A DNA stretch of 63,934 nucleotides, filler included, from Collodictyon triciliatum (lineage: Eukaryota): assembly GCA_043381765.1 (NCBI GenBank). It is 4 parts of 4 records of this genome, joined end to end, with 100 filler letters (N's around TTAATTAATTAA, not from the genome) between each part and the next. Parts side by side here need not be neighbours in the genome. Positions count along the whole stretch, not along the records: positions 1 to 21,532 come from JBHJMP010001187.1; 3 more parts are not named here. One strand, written 5' to 3'. Shown here in pieces: positions 1 to 12,568 of this stretch. The translations under genes and the position numbers were made by a program. Position 1 is the first letter of the stretch; every line of letters starts with the position of its first letter. The notes beneath the pieces were generated by a model. That model was not told the DNA's origin. It saw nothing but the letters and a program-made list of their open reading frames with translations, and did no database searches.

Positions 1-103
1 AAAAAAACCATAAAAAAACCATAAAAAACCATAAAAAACCATAAAAAACCATAAAAAACCATAAAAAAACCATAAAAAAACCATAAAAAAACCATAAAAA
101 ACC
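1..103. repeat. (AAAAAACCAT)n 10-bp tandem repeat
   Basis: About 10 near-perfect copies at the window start, just upstream of the ATG at 148. Confidence 0.95.
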
Positions 104-147
104 ACCAAATAACACAAGAACAGAAAAGAAAGAAAAGGCCGCCCGGT

Positions 148-3100
148 ATGGCAGAGACGCGGCACCTGGAGGATGTGGGGCGGATTCTTCTGCAGGTACA
201 GGACGAGTTTCAGGCGCTGCGAGAAAGCCTTCTGGAGCAGGCGCGGACGGCGCGGGACGGAGACGCAGCAGAAAGCTTTGCAGGCAGCGGGTCGGGCTCG
301 AACCACGGAGCAGGCATGGCGGATCCGCAGCTGCAGTCTCTGCAGGCGATTCTGCAGCGGGCCGAGAAGGATCTGCGCACAAAGGCCGAGCTTGTGCTGG
401 ACACGATTCAGAGTCGCCCGCAGACGCTGCCGCTTTTCTCGTCGGCCGCCCAGCCTTCTACGCGGCAGCGAACCGCGTCTGCCGATGCCGCGGCCTCTGC
501 ACAAAACTCGCTGTCGCAGGCGTCGCCCGTCTTCAGCAAACGGCCCGGCAAAGTCGCTCGCTCAGCTTCGCATGTCCCGTCGCCCGGTGAACGTCTGCGC
601 AACGCGCGCGTGGCTGAGGCGCTCGCTAATCCGCAGCATCCGCTTAATCGTCAGCGCATTAGCGAGATGTACAATGTGCCCATGCCCCAAAGGTGCCTTT
701 CAGTTGTTTTTGTTTTTCCCCCTTTTTTTTTCACTTTCTCAATTATTTTGTTTACTAAAAAACAAAAAAAAACAAAATGTGTTTATCCTTAGATATTGAT
801 GTATTAGATTTGAATGGTATTGTGATATGTTTTGTCTGTATTTGCTGGTGTAATATGTACTGCAATATTTTCGTTTCATCTTCAGTTCCTTCGATGCCTG
901 TTGTGATGGCTGTATGCATTTGTGGTGATGTATTTGATGTTGTCTTGTCTTTTTTTTTAAAATGAAATGAGAAGAGAAAAGAATGAGAATGATTTGCTAA
1001 TCTTGATGGTGCACAGAGACGCTTCTCGGCCACGACCAGTTGGAAAAGCCGCACAAGGGAAAACAATTAAGGACAAAATGTCGGCACCGCTTCCAGCTTT
1101 GCCAAGGTTCTGCTGACTGATTGTACCAATGATCGATTCTCACTTATCTACCTTTCTGCCTCGCTCGATGGCTTATGTCATTGTATTCTCTTTCGATAAC
1201 GTACATGTAGTAAATTGGTTGACTTCTGAATACATAGGGCAAACCGAAAAGACCCCACAGCGCCACTGCCAAAGATCGAAGCACAGGATATGGAGAAGGC
1301 ATGTCGCTTTCCAATTTGCTTTTTTTTTTTGTTTTTGGATTTGTTTCTGTTTGTTTTGAACTATGTAATTTAGTTTTGCTTTTAGTTTTGCTTTTTGTTT
1401 GATTGTTTGATTGTTTGATTGATTGTTTGATTGATTGATGGATTGATTGATTGATGGATTGATTGATTAGTTCTTGTTATTGTTGATGCTCAGAGAAGAT
1501 GCTGAGTTCTTTTGTAAGTCACTTACATATATGGGGCACTAAAATGAGCGATTTATTGGCGGGACATATGAATTATGGACACAACATCGACGACTCTTCA
1601 GCAAGGAATCTTTTCTCTGACAAACAGAGGCCTCTTGCCCACCACCATGGACCTTAGCTCTTTAATCACAAATGGTAATATGCCATTATGTGGGAAAGCG
1701 ATTCTTCAATCATCAAAGATTCTATTCTTTTTTTTTTTGGAATGTGTATATTCCATCTTAATCCAGAATTCTCGAACCTTCCCAGGCACTTCAAAAGCAT
1801 TTTCTTTTCAGAGTGCGCCGATGCATCAATGGGAAGATAAATTTGTTGTGCCAGTTTATGCTGTAAGGATGACCCTTTGTTGTCTGTCTATGCTACTTTC
1901 TGACCCTATTACATAATTATCACTCTTCAAGTTCCTTACTTTCCTATCCAATATCTCTAATATGGGGGTTTTTTTTAAATCACAATTACGTAAAGGAGAC
2001 TTCCCCTGAAGGAGCAAATTTTCCATTCATCAAGCTCGACTTACACACAAAGGTTTCAATTTTAAAAGGCTTTCATATCATGCATTCTTTTTTACATGTG
2101 ATATTTAGATCAACCGTTTTCTTCTTCTGGTGATGCTGTATCAATATTCTTATGACACCGTGCATGTAGTTGGATTCACCAAAGCAAAAAACAGCTGCCC
2201 CGTCCTCTGCGGAGCCTTCTGATGTACATTCCATGCCAGAGACAGAGTATATTTATTTTATCGATGACATGAAACACACACTCTTTTTGTCAGAAAAAAA
2301 ACCACTATTGCACATTAAAAAGGAGTACCTTTTATTCCCTCAATTCATCTTGAATTGAAAAAAAAAATCAATATTGGACCAGAGAAGTCACAATTATATT
2401 TCTCTCCAACATATTCATTGAAAGAAACACGAACTTATCTTTAAACATTAAATTGTGTCTGCATTTCCGTCTTCATTTAACTGAATGACTAAAATTTTTG
2501 AAAAAGTACAACGTCAGAGCCTTCTGAACACGCAGAGATTGAACAGCCTCGCTTTGACCCTGTTGACCCGAGAACATACCATGAGCTGATGGACACTTAC
2601 AGGTTTGTTTTTTTAACAGGAAAACCATATCGCATAAATCTTACACATTTATTATCATCATGCTGTGGTTTCATTTGCTGATGACTCTATTTGTATTCAT
2701 ACGACTTTAACACCAGTTTGCACCAGTTTATCATTCGAAAGGGGAAGTGTCTCGAAAACACTCCAGAATTTGTGTCGTTCAAGGTATGGTTCGATTTCTG
2801 CTGCAGATTGGTGGTTTTCTATATACATGTATCATTCTTTAGATTTGCCCACCATAATTCCATGATCGTCTTTTTCCTGCGCAGAGAAAAAATGGACACA
2901 AATGGGGAGAAATTCACATTATCTTACGCATGCTGGAAAAGCTATTTTCGCAATACGCTGGTTCATTTCTGATTAGACTCGAGAATTGTATTATGTCTTG
3001 CTGATATTGTGGTGCTTCTGGCGTTTGGTATTTATATAAACATGCTACATTAGTTCCATTGGCATACATTGACGGTCGTCAGGTTGAAATACTTGCAGAT

Positions 3101-6100
3101 GACGTGCTCACAACGCCCACAATCGAGGCCTTAATGCGTTGTGTCGTCAACATAGGCCAAGTAAAGCCCTATCATTTTTTTCTTGTTTTTCTAATCTTCT
3201 CCCTTCTATTATTACAATTTATTTATTTATTTATTTAAAAATAAGTTGACTCTGACAATGGTGCCACATGAAGCCCATCAAAATAATAGCGAAAATATGA
3301 ACAATCATCGTATTCTGTAATAAGAGACTGTTAGTTTGCTTCTGCTTGCGAATGAAGTGGCCAAGTTAAGAATATAACTACCTTCATTTAACATCTCGTC
3401 ATAATTTTTAAGGTTGCCCCCTTGATTCGTATCCCAGGACGTCGATTCCAAGGAGAAAGAGGAGATGAAGCTGCCGCCACAAAGATACAAGCAACGTAAA
3501 AAAAAAAAAAAAATAGGCCATTTGTTCATTATGCAGTTTCACCCTTAATTTTAATATAATCTTCCAGTTGTATTTCTCCCTTTCTGTATAGTTCTAATAT
3601 CGAATAATGCGAGATATGACAATAAAACACCTATTCTTAGGTGGAAAATGCATAAACACCGAGTTATATTCAAGCAATACCTCATCACTAAGAAGGCTGC
3701 AATCAAGATTCAAAGAGCGTGGCGTGCTCACTACAGACTTGTTCAAATCAGAATGCAGATTATGGTGCTCGGTTTATTAACAATCTCCCCACCATATTCG
3801 CTCTCTGAGAAGTCTGAACTTTTTTTTTCCCTTTTCAAAATACTTAGTTGTCTATTTTATGTAATTTTAAGGAAGCGGATGAGGATAGGCAGCGACAATT
3901 TGCTGTTCTTCAATCAGACTTTATGCACAATTGGAAATACACTCGAAATCAGAGAAAGTTATTGCTTTTCCAATTAATATTTTAAGAAAATGAGATACAT
4001 TCTATTGATTGTTTTTTCTCCTTTATTCGATTCAAAGATATTCTATTGATAGTTATTCAACTCTTATCTGTATCAAACGATATGGTTTTTTGCCTTAATT
4101 TCAGAGTATTTCCTCAAATTTCTCCATATGACAGAATTATAGTACATATCCCATCCCTGTCTTACACAAGTCGACAAAGAAAGGGCATGGACCACTTTGC
4201 ATCTCTTCAAAACGCACAGATGTCGAGGTGAAAGGAGCGATATCCTACTGAGCTTTTCCCAAATCATTCATAATTGTAACACATATTTAAATGCCTTTTT
4301 TTTTTTTTAAGATAAATCGATGTATTTAATGAGCATATTATATTCCTTGCGCACGACAGAATCACCGCAGTGGCCGACCCGAATATTGAAGTCCTATACG
4401 TCTCTCCCTTTCCCTTATCGTAACGCCAACTTATTTCAGCAAGATTTATTTTACGCTCTGGGTTACTTAACTTAGTTTTCATTAACTTTACTCTTTTTTT
4501 ATATGTTTAATTCATAATAGGACAGACATGTTGCAATACTACCAGAAACTGCTTGAAATTGGAGGGATCGAAGCCCCTGGTAAAGCAATAGGCTTAATCC
4601 GTTTCCGCTATCACCTCATTCTTGATATGAGAGTGTGAATTGAAGTTCTTACTTTGCATCATTCCACACCTTCTCAATCTTACTTATCCGCACATGCAAA
4701 GAAACCAAGTATAAGATCATTTATCCTGAGAATGCACACCGTTTCCCGGACCACTTTCCCTTGTCAAGCATCCTGTACTATTCACCACGGTGCTTGAAGG
4801 TACTCTGTAAATATGAATCGTTTCATATACCGCGGACAAATATGTGCCTCTCATCTATATACTACTATAATCATACTTTAGTATCCGGACTATGACTTTC
4901 TATATGCCATCGTATCCTTGGCTGTATCTGAATATATTTTTCTTCGACTTTGCACCATAAGCGTATCCGCAATTACGTCAAAGGGAAGAATGCATACATT
5001 GTGCCTGGGGTCATAGGATATGACGACATTCGTGTCGCTGTGGTATGGAAAAAAAAATCATCCTTGATTGCTAAAAATTATAGAGAATAGATGCCAAAGT
5101 TCGAAAGGCTATCATGAAGATTATCTCATTTTTACTCTAATTTATGGACTTATTTTACTGAAACTAACACTAATTCTACTGTTATCTCTGCAGAACCTCA
5201 ACCTACCTATATTCGGCTCACATCCGGACGTCACCTCAGCTTTTGCGTCGAAATCAGGCTCAAAAAGGATATTTGCCGCTGCTGACGTAAATATCCCACC
5301 AGGTCACCTCTGGTTCAGTTGATACACGATTCCTCACCCATTACTTTACAAAAACTGCATCGGTTATTGCACTTTTCTAAAGATGAGCCGAGTGAACGAC
5401 CTCCCTTTTCCTATAAGATGTTTCTCTCTTTTCACACATCATTCAATAGGGACATGGGATGTTGACAATAAACGTGCTTTATGCATGGAGCTATCTCGCT
5501 TGATAACATCAAACATTCACGTACCAAAATGGCTAATTAAACTTGACCATGAATTTGGAGGCCGTGGCCATGCCCTCTTCGGTGAGTTAGGGTTTAATAC
5601 AAATTGTGTGAAGCGATTCCGTCGTCACTTCTATACGCGGTTGACTTTCATAAGCTTGCGCATACATTTTTCATTAAAATTTGATCACTTTCTGTTGAAA
5701 GACTCAGAGAGTATTATCACATTGTGTTAATTTGTGACTAGGGATATATTCATTCTATACTTAAATAGATGCATCAAATATTCCAAACATTACGGGGATG
5801 AGATTGAGAGCCCAGCGGTCACCAGAAGAGTGGAAATCCCCCGAAAATAAAGTTTACAATTATATATTAATGCTATCATAATGAATTATATTTTGTTTCC
5901 TATGCACATTCCATGGAGCATTTTGTTTTTTCCCCCCAGTAAAGTAATTATATATTTGTGTTTGATCAAGATGTTGTCTACTTATTTTGGTTTCTCCACA
6001 ATCCAGGAGCAAGTACGTGCTGATGTATTAGGATCTATTGAATCAATCATCTCGGAAAAAATTATCATCAACTACCCCAAAAATTATCCCAACTGGGATA

Positions 6101-8162
6101 AGTACACCAAAGCCATGGCAAAATATGGTACTGATTCCGTATCTGACGATTTTTTTCCCCGCTTTCCCTCGTGTTTTGGTTCTTTGATTAATATCTCATC
6201 TATCAGACTCTAACATTACACTGTTCACTAACAAAAATAAAGGTGCTGTAATTGAAGCTTGTCCGTCTCAGATTCTCTCATCTCCCACTGTGAATATTGT
6301 TATTGAACCGGACGGAGTTGTTTCTGTCTTGTCCACCCACGAGCAGGTTTCACCACACACTTTGACGATATTTTTAATTGAAAAAATAGCTTTATATATA
6401 TCCGTTTCTGTCTAGATGTTCGCTCAACCTTTTCAGTGCTCAGGAACCGTATTTCCCCAGGTTTCCTTTTTATTTTTGGTACTCCTCACATATCTGTTAC
6501 CTGATGATTTATTGAATCATTCAAACATAAAATTGGCTGAAGTCGTGGCGCTGTTCCTTATGAGAATCATTTCATCGTCTCGCGTTTTCATCATCGACTT
6601 ATATATATAAACAAACAAACAAACAAACAAACAAACAAACAAACAAACAAACAAACAAACAAACAAACAAACAAACAAACAAACAAACAAACAAACAAAC
6701 AAACAAACAAACAAACGAAAGACCACACTTCCACCTGCGGCACTTGCGGATGCATCCTTGGCTATCGGTCGAGCGTGCTTTCAAAAAAACATTATTGGCT
6801 ATGTCGGCATCGATTTCGTTTCTCTTTATGATGACCATTTGGTACTTCACATTCTCTCTGAATTTATTTTCTCGTGTGATTCCATTTTCAATAACAAGTA
6901 CTGGCATTTGAATATTACGTAGTATCTTTTCATTTGTTTTCTATTGTTTTCTCTTTTTCAGGGCTCACGCAGACTCTGGGCAGTCGACTTGAAGATTCAA
7001 CCCACCAATTCATTATCCAGTTACGAGCTTTTCAATTTCATCGTTGGTGGTCAGGTTGCGATCAAATATTGCCTAACAAACCCTTTCATATATTTTCCAC
7101 CCCTAGCCTAACCTTGTTCATGTGCACTTTTGATTACTCTGATGCAAATAATGTGCTGCCTCCGTTGTCTCAATCTACCAATACAATCCCATCCAGTTCG
7201 ATGGAAATTTGGGTGCTTACACTGTCCCCGTTCAAGACACTCTATCTCGACGATTCTTTGTTGGGATGGTATTAATACGATTTCCATTACGATTTCCATT
7301 ACGATTTCCAAAATTATAACAAATCAATCAATACAATGGTCCACGACAGCTTATTTATATTCATAAACAGTTTTATTAAAACTTGAATACAATTTCTCAT
7401 CAAATTAGGAGAGTCTGTATCACGAAAACATGTCACTGATGCATTACAACGTTCTGTTCAGTCTATGCAGATCCGAGGGCATTGCCTTTGATCTACAGGT
7501 TCATAATATGGATTCGGTTTCCATCAATCTTTTGCTTACCATAGGGTGCTCTTTGAGTTCTGGCGTTTACTTGTTCAATGCGCATTCTAAATGGTGGGCT
7601 AATATCAACACCATTGCTTTCTAGGAAAAAGTCGGGACTGCTTTCTCCCTGCTTGACAAATATACCCAGGGAATGCTTGGAATGATGTATGGATTAAATG
7701 TTTCTCACGTTCTACTTTCCCAATCTACCTGACCGATATGTGTGGTACACGATAGACACATAGTTCCAAGTGGTAGCCAAGCTACCCTTTCATTCGATTT
7801 TTTTTTTTTTTTGTTTTTTTGCTGAATCCCTGACGCACGATTTGTTTCAGATGCGTCGGTGCCACAATAGTCGAGAGTTTACACACTTTCATCGAAAACC
7901 TCGAATTCCTCAGCCAGCAGATGACCAACGCAAAGCCCGGCAGTCTTGTCGAGAACAACTACAAAGTAAGCGCTCGCCGAAGTACCAAGTCGTCCACTCA
8001 ATAATGCGATACACGAGCAATATGCCATGCTTTGTTCAAAACGAGGTCGTATAATTACAATTCCCTTTGACATAGGATGCGCTCTTGTGCATGAAGCGTG
8101 TGATGGACTTGTATCTTCGCCAAGCTGCGTTTTCGCCCATGGCCATTAATCGACTTCCTTGA
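148..8162 (+). CDS. IQCH: IQ motif-containing protein H-like (IQCH), about 32 exons
   Basis: Manual splicing gives a continuous frame with IQCH-typical segments: GIFSLTNRGLLP, ELMDTYSLHQFIIRKGKCLENTPEFVSFK, IQ motifs AATKIQATWKM and AAIKIQRAWR, IIVHIPSLS, IIYPENAHRFP, SKSGSKRIFAAADVNIPPG, WLIKLDHEFGGRGHA and IIGYVGIDFV. The last exon DALLCMKR...NRLP ends at TGA 8160-8162. Confidence 0.85.
1395..1470. repeat. (TGTTTGAT)/(GATT)n simple repeat in an IQCH intron
   Basis: Directly visible degenerate tetranucleotide array. Confidence 0.8.
6608..6716. repeat. (AAAC)n microsatellite in an IQCH intron
   Basis: About 27 perfect copies ending just before the GAAAG acceptor at 6721. Confidence 0.97.
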
Positions 8163-8582
8163 CTTGTGATAAAAAGAGGAAACAAATTCACAAAGGCGTT
8201 GGGTACAAATGAAAGAAAAAAAGGAAAAGAAGTGGATCAATATTCGACGTGCTACTCGTTGTCTCTCTTATCAGCTTGCACTGCTTTGCAACAAAATAAT
8301 CTTATCAGGCGAGTAAAAATTATTCAACGCTTGGTGATTCTGTGTTAAAAATAAATATAAATTTGTTTACGCAACATCTGCTACTCTCCCCTCACAAGCA
8401 AATAAATAAATTCCAAAGAATGAGGAAAACGAAGAGAAAAAATCGGTGAAAAAGGAGCGTGTGATGGCATATATAATACTGTGTGAAGAAAAAAATATAG
8501 TAAAATAGCCAAATCGACAAGAGGCTACATCCATGGAGCGAGTTGGATTCTTTTATACCCAACACACAACAAGCCCAGCCAT

Positions 8583-11393
8583 CTACAAAACCTCTCTGAG
8601 TTCCTTGAGATGCTCCTGCGCCGTTGAATTACCTTGTTCCAGCGACAGGAAGTAATACTCAAGCGCCTTCTGCAGATTCCTTTGCACAGAATAGCCTTCC
8701 TTGTAGAATAACCCCATCAAACACTGGCCCGTCGCATTTCCGAGGTCTGCCGACCTCCTGAACCAGCGCCCGGCTTCCTCCAAATCACTTTCCACGCCTT
8801 TGCCTTCGATATAGCAGAACCCAAGGCTGATTTGACACAACGCGTGGTTCTCGTCAGCGCCCTTGCGATACCACTCAACAGCTTTGCTCATGTCTGCTTC
8901 GACACCGCTCCCGTTTTCATAGCAAATCGCAAGACTGCGGTAAGCGTCCGCATAGTTGGATTTTGCCAAACGGAGGAATAAAGCAAACGCCTTTTGGCTG
9001 TCCTTACTGCATCCTTTGCCTTCCGAGTACAGAAGCGCAAGATGCCACATCCCTGATAGATTTTCAGAGTTGCTTGCTTTTTCATACCATTCGAATGCGA
9101 GTGTGTCATCCTGCGGCACACCAAGGCCCTTCTCGTAGCAGTAACCCAGCTGGTCCATGGCTGTTTCTGACTTGTTTTCGGCTGCCTTTCGATACCACTC
9201 CACTGCAGTCTCGTAGCTCTGCTCAACTCCGGCTCCGCTATAGTAACAGTGCCCGATGTTTGTCTGCGCATTACCGTTGCTTTGCTCAGATGCCCGATGG
9301 TACCAATCCAGAGCTTTCTCGTAGCTGACTTCGACTCCCATCCCGTGGTAGTGACACAGCCCGACATTGACAAATGCATCGTAATTCTTCTGGAGCGCGG
9401 CTTTCATGTGCCATTCATACGCCAAAGTAGGGGACTTTTGGACACCATCTCCGTTATAGTAGCAGATTCCAAGGTTGTTTTGGCCCCAGCTGTATCCCAA
9501 GAAGGCTGCTGCCTCATAAGATCGGTATGCCTTTCCGAGGCTGCGCTCTGTTCCAAGGCCGTTTTCATGGATAAGTCCCAAGTTATTCCATCCATTGGCA
9601 TAGTGCTGAGCTGCACTCTGTGCAAACCAATACGCTGCGTGTCCATATTTATCTTTCACTTCGAGTGTGTTTTTGAATGAGTGTCCGATATTATCTTGCC
9701 CGCTCGCATGACCCGCGAGAGCGGAGATGAGCCACCACTCGGTGGACATCACGGTGCATTTTGCAACACCTTCGCCTTCAAAGTAGCAATAAGCGAGGTT
9801 GTTTTGGGAGCACGCAAGCCCTGCTCGACTGGATTCTTCAAAGTAGCTGATAGACTTTGCAAAGTCTTTTGCAACGCCCCATCCACGATAAAGACAATAC
9901 CCTGTGAGATAAAAGAGGAAAGCATCTAATTTGGAGTTTTGAGAAATCCAGTCATATGCCTTGGCCAGCTCTTGCTCATTTAAAGATTGAATAAACAAAA
10001 GAAGCTGGTCGATTGTGTCCGTTGTTGATGGAAGTGGGATGATTTGTGGATGCTCTAGAGCCACTTGACGGAATGCAATGAGTGCCGGAACAAAGGCAGG
10101 GTCGAGAGCACGGGCGTATAGAAGAAGGCATTGCGCACGAATGTAGTTTCCTTTGGAAAACTCCATACAGCCCTCTTTTGTTGCGTCTTGTGCCGATAGA
10201 CTCATATCGACCATATTTATAAACCCAGGGCGTTGTTCTGAGGTTGACGAAGCATACTGTGTGAAATATTCCAGGGCTTTCATGTTGTTATGGGATATTC
10301 CTATGCCAAAGACCGCACAGATGGCGAGCTGAAGGACCGCATCTTTACATCTCTCTTTGCTGAGCTCTTCTAATTCCTGAAAATAATCCTGGTGAGGCAT
10401 TTTCAGCCGGTTGAGATAGAGTGTCGCGTAGCGAATGGCAATCGGCTGATTTTGGAGAGATTCGGCACAAATGCGAAGAAGGTTTTTGTCGACTTCACGA
10501 ATCGATGGTATTGAAGCCCATGTTTCCTGGTGCTCAGAGGACACAAACTCAGCTGCACTCAGACCAGGGATTTTTTTCATATAATGGGCACGAACGGGAG
10601 CTGAAAGTGAATGTATCCATAGGAATGCTTCAACAAGAGAGATTGAGTGGGTTAGGCCTGCGGCAACGATGGAGTCGGGTTCATTAGTGTCTCTGGGGAC
10701 TGTAGGAACGGGGTTTCGTGTCGATTCTTGCAGCAAATCAGAGACACTTATAGAGCCGTTGAGGCGGTAGGATGGTGAGAGGCAATGAGGGACTCGGATT
10801 GGGCCCAGGAGAAAAGTGGATAGGTCAGCCGTATTAATGAGGGTAGGGAGCAAATTGAGCCATTGAAAGGCCATCGACAACTGGCTCAGCGAGAGACTGC
10901 TCTCGAAGGCTGTGCAAGCGGCAATCAACTGGTCTACTGGCTTGATTCTCATCGAGCCAAATATTTTAGCGGCCAACTGCCCAACAAAATAGACATAGTC
11001 TGCTTCAGATGCATCTCTGCTTTCGTCTTCGCGTCTCCATTCACACACGGATAATCCAGGGCGAGTGGGAAAATGGACACCGAAGTGGGTTGCGCGGATA
11101 CGGCCTTCAGTATCGATGAAGAGGCACTCTGGGTTGGGGAGGGTGAAACAAAGCTGTGGGATGTTTGCCAGTTGCAAGAAATAGTTTGTGAGCATGGAAA
11201 AGAACTCCAGTCTTGCAGACACAGACTCTGATGGTGATGTAAGCGTTGACAAAAGTGGTTTCCACGAGAGCCATGACTCTGAGTGAGCAAGGCAGACATG
11301 CGAGTCAACAACAAAATGATCGATGGTGTGTACGAAGAGGTGCGGATGCTGCTGGATTGTTGATGAAAAGGGTGGCAGTGTGTTGGACTTTTG
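8583..11393 (-). CDS. Sel1-like repeat protein with a degenerate N-terminal kinase-like region; 5' end lost in the N gap
   Basis: Uninterrupted ORF of more than 930 aa. About 12 C-terminal 36-aa Sel1 repeats (e.g. AQTNIGHCYYSGAGVEQSYETAVEWYRKAAEN). The N-terminal part contains LPNPECLFIDTEGRIRATHFG and ADYVYFVGQL, which resemble kinase subdomains VIb-VII and IX. Confidence 0.88.
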   Translation of the reverse strand, partial: QKSNTLPPFSSTIQQHPHLFVHTIDHFVVDSHVCLAHSESWLSWKPLLSTLTSPSESVSARLEFFSMLTNYFLQLANIPQLCFTLPNPECLFIDTEGRIRATHFGVHFPTRPGLSVCEWRREDESRDASEADYVYFVGQLAAKIFGSMRIKPVDQLIAACTAFESSLSLSQLSMAFQWLNLLPTLINTADLSTFLLGPIRVPHCLSPSYRLNGSISVSDLLQESTRNPVPTVPRDTNEPDSIVAAGLTHSISLVEAFLWIHSLSAPVRAHYMKKIPGLSAAEFVSSEHQETWASIPSIREVDKNLLRICAESLQNQPIAIRYATLYLNRLKMPHQDYFQELEELSKERCKDAVLQLAICAVFGIGISHNNMKALEYFTQYASSTSEQRPGFINMVDMSLSAQDATKEGCMEFSKGNYIRAQCLLLYARALDPAFVPALIAFRQVALEHPQIIPLPSTTDTIDQLLLFIQSLNEQELAKAYDWISQNSKLDAFLFYLTGYCLYRGWGVAKDFAKSISYFEESSRAGLACSQNNLAYCYFEGEGVAKCTVMSTEWWLISALAGHASGQDNIGHSFKNTLEVKDKYGHAAYWFAQSAAQHYANGWNNLGLIHENGLGTERSLGKAYRSYEAAAFLGYSWGQNNLGICYYNGDGVQKSPTLAYEWHMKAALQKNYDAFVNVGLCHYHGMGVEVSYEKALDWYHRASEQSNGNAQTNIGHCYYSGAGVEQSYETAVEWYRKAAENKSETAMDQLGYCYEKGLGVPQDDTLAFEWYEKASNSENLSGMWHLALLYSEGKGCSKDSQKAFALFLRLAKSNYADAYRSLAICYENGSGVEADMSKAVEWYRKGADENHALCQISLGFCYIEGKGVESDLEEAGRWFRRSADLGNATGQCLMGLFYKEGYSVQRNLQKALEYYFLSLEQGNSTAQEHLKELREVL

Positions 11394-11938
11394 NNNNNNN
11401 NNNNNNNNNNNNNNNNNNNNNNNNNNNNNNNNNNNNNNNNNNNNNNNNNNNNNNNNNNNNNNNNNNNNNNNNNNNNNNNNNNNNNNNNNNNNNNNNNNNN
11501 NNNNNNNNNNNNNNNNNNNNNNNNNNNNNNNNNNNNNNNNNNNNNNNNNNNNNNNNNNNNNNNNNNNNNNNNNNNNNNNNNNNNNNNNNNNNNNNNNNNN
11601 NNNNNNNNNNNNNNNNNNNNNNNNNNNNNNNNNNNNNNNNNNNNNNNNNNNNNNNNNNNNNNNNNNNNNNNNNNNNNNNNNNNNNNNNNNNNNNNNNNNN
11701 NNNNNNNNNNNNNNNNNNNNNNNNNNNNNNNNNNNNNNNNNNNNNNNNNNNNNNNNNNNNNNNNNNNNNNNNNNNNNNNNNNNNNNNNNNNNNNNNNNNN
11801 NNNNNNNNNNNNNNNNNNNNNNNNNNNNNNNNNNNNNNNNNNNNNNNNNNNNNNNNNNNNNNNNNNNNNNNNNNNNNNNNNNNNNNNNNNNNNNNNNNNN
11901 NNNNNNNNNNNNNNNNNNNNNNNNNNNNNNNNNNNNNN
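11394..11938. other. Assembly gap (545 N)
   Basis: Run of N with no linker sequence. Confidence 1.
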
Positions 11939-12568
11939 CCATAAAAACCAATAGGTTGAGAAAAAAACGAGGCAAAAATCACACGACACCAGAAGGACAT
12001 CATCTTAAGGCTCGCAGTTTATTTTGGTTGCCTTGAATAACATCAAACTCTTTCACCTGCTAATACAAAAAGAATAATAATACTATAATCTAAGTGAATG
12101 GCAAGGAAAATCAAAATAAAATGATAAAACAGTCTCCAACAGAAACATCCACTTAAAGAGTTGCAGGTCGCACATAAGCAAACAAATATAATAATGAATA
12201 GAGCATGGATTTTACAGATAGAATCTAAATTGAATAATCCCTCCGTAACTTGCTAATGAATTCGGGATTATGTCTTCTTTCTTTCGGTAAAATATATACA
12301 TTTCTGAAATCATGTGTAGAAGTTGGTAAATGAATAATGATTTCTTTCAGGAATTGATTCACAGGACAGCTTCCTGGTGTCATAAACAATATACAATTTA
12401 ATTGTAATATCACAAAAAAATGATTTATTCTCGAAAAAACTATGCGTATTATCTGTTTATTTGCACGTATTTAGATGATTAATAAAAAAAAACTGAAAGC
12501 ATCAGGAAGCTGATGAAATAGTTCCAATAAAATGAAACCAATCAGAAAGGCTTCGAAAATGACTGTAT

